The notes beneath the pieces were generated by a model. The model was not told where the DNA came from. It made no database searches and saw only the letters and a program-made list of their open reading frames with translations. Below, piece after piece: positions 59,836 to 64,000 of a stretch of DNA of 64,000 nt. Source of the DNA: Candidatus Kaiserbacteria bacterium (GTDB taxonomy: Bacteria; Patescibacteriota; Minisyncoccia; Phycocordibacterales; UBA2100); contig CP066682.1 in NCBI GenBank assembly GCA_016432285.1, forward strand, positions 15,026-79,025, written 5' to 3'. Every line of letters starts with the position of its first letter. Position 1 is the stretch's first letter. Position numbers and translations under genes: made by a program.

Positions 59836-59893
59836 CAAGTAGAGAAAGCGGCTCCGCGCTGGGGCCGCTTTTTTTACGGTAGAATAGGTACAA

Positions 59894-61585
59894 ATGGCGG
59901 TATTCAACGAACGAAAGCAGGACGAGCGCCTCGAGGAGCTTCGCAAGCGCGAAGAGGAGCAGCTCGCAGAGATGCTCGCGCACAAGTACGGTGTCGAGTA
60001 CGTCGACCTCACTTCCAAATCGATCGACACCGACGCCCTCCGGCTCATACCCGAAAACGAGGCGCGCGCCGCCGAGATCGCCGCCTTCCGCAAGGCCAAC
60101 AAAAAGATTCTCCTCGCCATGCGAGCTCCCGAGCGACCCGATGCCTTGCAGCAAGTGGAGAAGATCCAGCGCCTCGGGTACGAGGTCCTGAGGTACATCG
60201 TATCGAGCGCCTCTCTCGCGCACGCGTGGGATCGGTACCGCGATATTTCCTACGCCACCGAGACCGAAGCCGGCGTGCTCACGCTCTCCAACGAAACCAT
60301 CCAACGCATGCTCTCGCAGCTGAAGACGCTCGAAGACGTGCGCGCCGAGATCGCGAAGTACGCGGCAAGCAAAGACGCGCACCGCATCTCGCGCATCCTC
60401 GAAGTGATCATGTCGGGCGCGCTCTCGCTCGGCGCCTCTGACATCCACATGGAGCCGGAGGAGCAGGGCGTGCGCATGCGATACCGCCTCGACGGCGTCT
60501 TGATCGAGGTGCTCATATTTGACGCTGCCACGTACGACCTCATCGCCTCGCGCATCAAGCTGCTCTCGGGTCTCAAGCTCAACATCAAGAGCGCCGCGCA
60601 GGACGGCCGCTTCTCGATCGTCGTCAACGACAAAGAGATCGAAATCCGCAGCAGCATTCTCCCCGGCGCGTACGCAGAAACGATCGTGATGCGCGTGCTC
60701 GACCCTTCGACCATCGCGCTTCCCATGGAGGCGCTCGGCTTCGACAAATACCTCATGCAAATCTTCAACGCCGAGATCGCAAAACCAAACGGCATGATTT
60801 TGAACACCGGCCCCACCGGATCCGGTAAAACGACGACGCTCTACGCCTTTTTGCGACAGGTGCACAACCCGGGCATCAAGATCGTTACGATCGAAGACCC
60901 GATCGAATACCACCTTCCCGGCATCGTGCAAACGCAGGTGTCGAAAGACTACTCCTTTGCCGAAGGGCTCCGCTCCACCTTGCGCCAAGACCCCGACGTG
61001 ATCATGGTCGGCGAGATCCGCGACGCCGAAGTGGCGTCGACCGCCGTGCACGCTTCGCTCACCGGCCACCTCGTCTTCTCCACGCTCCACACCAACGACG
61101 CTGCGGGCACCTTTCCCCGCCTCATCGATATGGGGGTCAACGCCGACATCCTGGGCGCGGCTGTAACGACCGCCATGGCGCAGCGCCTCGTGCGCCGACT
61201 CTGTGCCAACTGCCGCGAGGCCAAGGCGATGAACGCCGACGACCTGAAACTCATGGCGCCGCTTCTGGCGCATATTCCGCATGCCGACGAGCTGCCGCAA
61301 AATCGCGACACCATGTGGGTGCCAAAAGGCTGCGAGAAGTGCGGCGGCATCGGTTACAAGGGCCGCATCGCGGTCGTGGAGGTGATTCTCATGGACAAGG
61401 AAATCGAGGAGACGGTGCGGCACACCAGCAGTGAGCGCGACATCTGGCATGCTGCGAAGCACCAGCAGATCCGCCGCATGGCGCAGGACGGCGCCGTGAA
61501 GGTGCTCCAGGGCGTTACTTCGCTCGACGAGCTCTCGCGCGTCGTCGACCTTCGCGACGAGGTGATGCTTGAGACGATTTCATGA
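59894..61585 (+). CDS. pilB: Type IV pilus assembly ATPase PilB/GspE family
   Basis: N-terminal GSPII-like domain, Walker A (GPTGSGKTTTLYA), Asp and His boxes, and a tetracysteine zinc motif (CANC...CEKCGG). Confidence 0.9.
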   Translation: MAVFNERKQDERLEELRKREEEQLAEMLAHKYGVEYVDLTSKSIDTDALRLIPENEARAAEIAAFRKANKKILLAMRAPERPDALQQVEKIQRLGYEVLRYIVSSASLAHAWDRYRDISYATETEAGVLTLSNETIQRMLSQLKTLEDVRAEIAKYAASKDAHRISRILEVIMSGALSLGASDIHMEPEEQGVRMRYRLDGVLIEVLIFDAATYDLIASRIKLLSGLKLNIKSAAQDGRFSIVVNDKEIEIRSSILPGAYAETIVMRVLDPSTIALPMEALGFDKYLMQIFNAEIAKPNGMILNTGPTGSGKTTTLYAFLRQVHNPGIKIVTIEDPIEYHLPGIVQTQVSKDYSFAEGLRSTLRQDPDVIMVGEIRDAEVASTAVHASLTGHLVFSTLHTNDAAGTFPRLIDMGVNADILGAAVTTAMAQRLVRRLCANCREAKAMNADDLKLMAPLLAHIPHADELPQNRDTMWVPKGCEKCGGIGYKGRIAVVEVILMDKEIEETVRHTSSERDIWHAAKHQQIRRMAQDGAVKVLQGVTSLDELSRVVDLRDEVMLETIS

Positions 61586-62011
61586 TCGAAAATACCGCGG
61601 ACCGGAAAGAGGCGGGGGCTTTTTACTGGAATTCCCGGACGGCCGACGACCACGGCATGGACGGTTGAGCCGGAAAACTTTACACCACAAAACCCGACTT
61701 GCTGTGGGCACATCGGGTGCTAGAGTTTTCAGAGATCCGAGACGCGCAATTTTGGGCGATGCATTCTGGCGAATGTTGCAGCGAGGTTCTGAGGATAAGG
61801 GCCGTAACGCCGCGCGAGGCGGCATACCGCCGCCGTCCTCGAAAAAGCTACCATCGCCCAAAGCTGTGCGCCTCGGATAGGAGTTTGATACCAAGTTTCA
61901 TTGTAGCATAGAGATTTTAAAAGTCAAGCCCAGTTGGAGAGGCCCGAAGCCCTCCAACGGGCCAAGGCACCCTTCCCTCGTTCCTGTAGGCACCGGGGAA
62001 GCAGCCACACT

Positions 62012-63031
62012 ATGAGTAAAGAAACAGAGAAAAATCCCACAGAAAAAGTGTCGCGCACGCTCGACCAGGCGCTCCGGCCAGACAACTGGAAGGAGTACGT
62101 GGGCCAGCCAACGATCAAGGAAAACCTCCGCATCCTCCTCACGGCCGCCAAGGGCCGCAATCACCAGCCCGAGCACGTCCTCTTGTACGGCCCGCCGGGC
62201 CTTGGGAAGACCACGCTCGCGCACCTCATGACAAAGGAGATCGGCGCTTCGATGCGCTCGACCTCCGGCCCCGCGATCGAGCGCGTGGGAGATCTTGCCT
62301 CCATCCTCACCAACCTCACGGCGGGCGACGTGCTTTTCATCGACGAGATCCACCGCCTCAACCGTACGATCGAGGAGGTGCTCTACCCTGCCATGGAATC
62401 CGGCGTGCTCGACATCGTGATCGGCAAAGGCCCTTCGGCGCGCACAGTGCAGCTTGAGCTTCCCGCATTTACGCTGATCGCCGCGACGACGCGCATCTCC
62501 ATGCTCTCCGCGCCGCTCCGCTCACGCTTTTCGGGTGGCACCTTTCGCTTGCAGTACTACACCGAAGACGAGATCGCGGAAATATTGAAGCGATCCGCAA
62601 AAATTCTCGGCATCGAGATCGACAAAGACTCGCTCCAGGAGATCGCGCGTCGCAGCCGCGCGACGCCGCGCACCGCCAACTACCTTTTGAAACGCGCCCG
62701 CGACTTCGCCGAGGTGAACGAGGAGAAGCTCGACCTGAAAACGGTAAAAAAAGCGCTCGCGCTTTTGGAGATCGATGAGGGCGGCCTCAACCAGACCGAC
62801 CGCGACATCCTCACGATCATCGTGGAGAAATTCGGGGGCGGCCCCGTCGGGCTGAAGACCGTCGCGGCCTCACTTTCGGAAGAAGAAGACACGATCGAAG
62901 AGGTCCACGAGCCCTACCTCATGCAGCTCGGCCTGCTTGAGAGATCGCCGCGAGGTCGCGTGGTCACGGCAAAAGGCCATGAGCACATCGGCGCCGCGCC
63001 GTCGAAGCAAACAGGAGCGCTGAACGTGTAG
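62012..63031 (+). CDS. ruvB: Holliday junction DNA helicase RuvB
   Basis: AAA+ Walker A (GPPGLGKTTLAHL), Walker B (VLFIDEIHRL), sensor residues and a winged-helix C-terminus. Confidence 0.95.
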   Translation: MSKETEKNPTEKVSRTLDQALRPDNWKEYVGQPTIKENLRILLTAAKGRNHQPEHVLLYGPPGLGKTTLAHLMTKEIGASMRSTSGPAIERVGDLASILTNLTAGDVLFIDEIHRLNRTIEEVLYPAMESGVLDIVIGKGPSARTVQLELPAFTLIAATTRISMLSAPLRSRFSGGTFRLQYYTEDEIAEILKRSAKILGIEIDKDSLQEIARRSRATPRTANYLLKRARDFAEVNEEKLDLKTVKKALALLEIDEGGLNQTDRDILTIIVEKFGGGPVGLKTVAASLSEEEDTIEEVHEPYLMQLGLLERSPRGRVVTAKGHEHIGAAPSKQTGALNV

Positions 63032-63096
63032 AAATGGGGATAAGGGGAAAATGTGAAAAATCAGCGCGTACAATACAGGCACTACGCACGGTAGCG

Positions 63097-63127
63097 AAAA
63101 GCCTCCCTTGCGGGAGGCTTTTCGTTT
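63097..63127 (+). terminator. Rho-independent terminator after ruvB
   Basis: aaagcctccc-ttgc-gggaggcttt hairpin, followed by tcgtttg. Confidence 0.7.
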
Positions 63128-63508
63128 GCGGTCATTGGCGAATCGATGGTACGTAAAGCGCGTCTTGATATGATCTCCCCGCACTCCCCGCATCACCTCA
63201 CTGCTCTGACCGCCTGTTCCTGCACTGTCTTCGATACCAAAGGCACCGAATAGACTCAAGGAACTACCATCCGGTGTGTCGGGGATTTCTCCCGTCCTCC
63301 TTGAGGCGACTAGCGCACGGTTAGGCACACTAGTTCACCCAATATATATCCGCCGGAATCGCGTCAAATCCGATGAAATATCTCGTTTTCGTGGATTAGT
63401 CGTGCGCGAAGCTGTGGAAAACAATGTGTATATCCAAAAAAAAACCAAACTGGCCCATACACAATCTATGCGCACCCGCGCAGAGTTAGTGTGAGTGAGA
63501 GACGGTAA

Positions 63509-63997
63509 TCAGGAGGAGCGGCCGAAGAGCTGTGAGACGCCCGAGAAGAAACTCTTGATGAGGCCGGCGAAAAAGTCGATCGTCGTCTTCACGGTGAACT
63601 TGGTCGACTCGACGAGGCTCAGCGACTCGCCGCGCTCTTCGAGCGTCGTCTCGCTCGCAAGCGAGTAGTCGTACGATTCCGAAGCCCCTGACACGTCTTC
63701 GGAAACACTCACGATTTCGGCGTCTGAACTGTCTGCTTCGCCAAATGCCGCGCCGGGCGACGTTTGCGCATATACATCCGCATCGAGCCGAAGTGCGAGT
63801 GCCGGCTCGACACCGTCGGTGAAAAGGTTGCGCGTGAGCTCTTCGCTCACCGCACCCTCTTCGTCGTCAGCAGCACGCGACGCGGGAGTGCTGCTGCGCG
63901 GATCGCCCGGGATCAGCGTGGTCTTGTCGGGGGTGAGCGTGAAGCCTGCGAGGCGCTGCGGATTTTCTTTCGTGGCGGCTTTCGGCTTTACCTCCAC
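63509..63997 (-). CDS. Hypothetical acidic protein, possibly truncated at the window edge
   Basis: ORF reaching the last codon of the window. Asp/Glu/Ser-rich with no recognised domain. Confidence 0.3.
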   Translation of the reverse strand: MEVKPKAATKENPQRLAGFTLTPDKTTLIPGDPRSSTPASRAADDEEGAVSEELTRNLFTDGVEPALALRLDADVYAQTSPGAAFGEADSSDAEIVSVSEDVSGASESYDYSLASETTLEERGESLSLVESTKFTVKTTIDFFAGLIKSFFSGVSQLFGRSS

Positions 63998-64000
63998 AAA

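Noticed and set aside
61960-62011. GGAAGCAGCC and CCAAGGCA motifs just upstream of ruvB that resemble the conserved SRP RNA (4.5S) domain IV sequence
   Set aside because: The motifs are in the wrong order and spacing for SRP helix 8. They overlap the likely ruvB ribosome-binding site (ggggaag). A 10-mer match is not improbable by chance in 64 kb.

Overview
This is a high-GC, gene-dense bacterial chromosomal segment, mostly housekeeping operons with many 1-8 bp gene overlaps. Recognisable genes, by function:
- DNA replication, repair and division: ftsK, recA, recO, ruvA, ruvB, ruvX, polA, a short holA-like gene, and ssb.
- Aminoacyl-tRNA synthetases: metG, glyQS, ileS, argS.
- Ribosome and translation: rpsF-ssb-rpsR, secE-nusG-rplK, rplS, rpsT, efp.
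- Polyamine synthesis: a four-gene cluster (speA-like arginine decarboxylase, carboxynorspermidine dehydrogenase, carboxynorspermidine decarboxylase, agmatinase) directly upstream of efp.
- Central metabolism: an archaeal-type PEP carboxylase.
- Type IV pilus genes in three separate places: pilM/N/O, a pilin gene, and pilB.
- Envelope and surface: two glycosyltransferases, and several large secreted or membrane-anchored repeat and low-complexity proteins.
- Eight tRNA genes.

The most unusual structure is that three of the eight tRNA genes (His, Leu, Lys) are each directly abutted, within 0-2 nt, by a homing-endonuclease-type gene (one HNH, two LAGLIDADG).

Other notable points:
- rplK is not followed by rplA, and rpsR is not followed by rplI.
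- The riboflavin kinase and FMN adenylyltransferase are split into separate genes in reversed order.
- metG lacks its C-terminal tRNA-binding domain, and a stand-alone tRNA-binding protein is encoded elsewhere.
- EF-P has a non-canonical modification loop.
- tRNA-Arg carries a GCG anticodon.
- Small genes, ubiquitous pilins, DUF11-like surface repeat proteins, LAGLIDADG genes and the missing ribosomal proteins suggest a Candidate Phyla Radiation (CPR)/Patescibacteria-like organism, but this is inference from composition and gene content only.

No CRISPR array, rRNA gene or obvious prophage was seen. Many long antisense ORFs in the six-frame track are high-GC artefacts.
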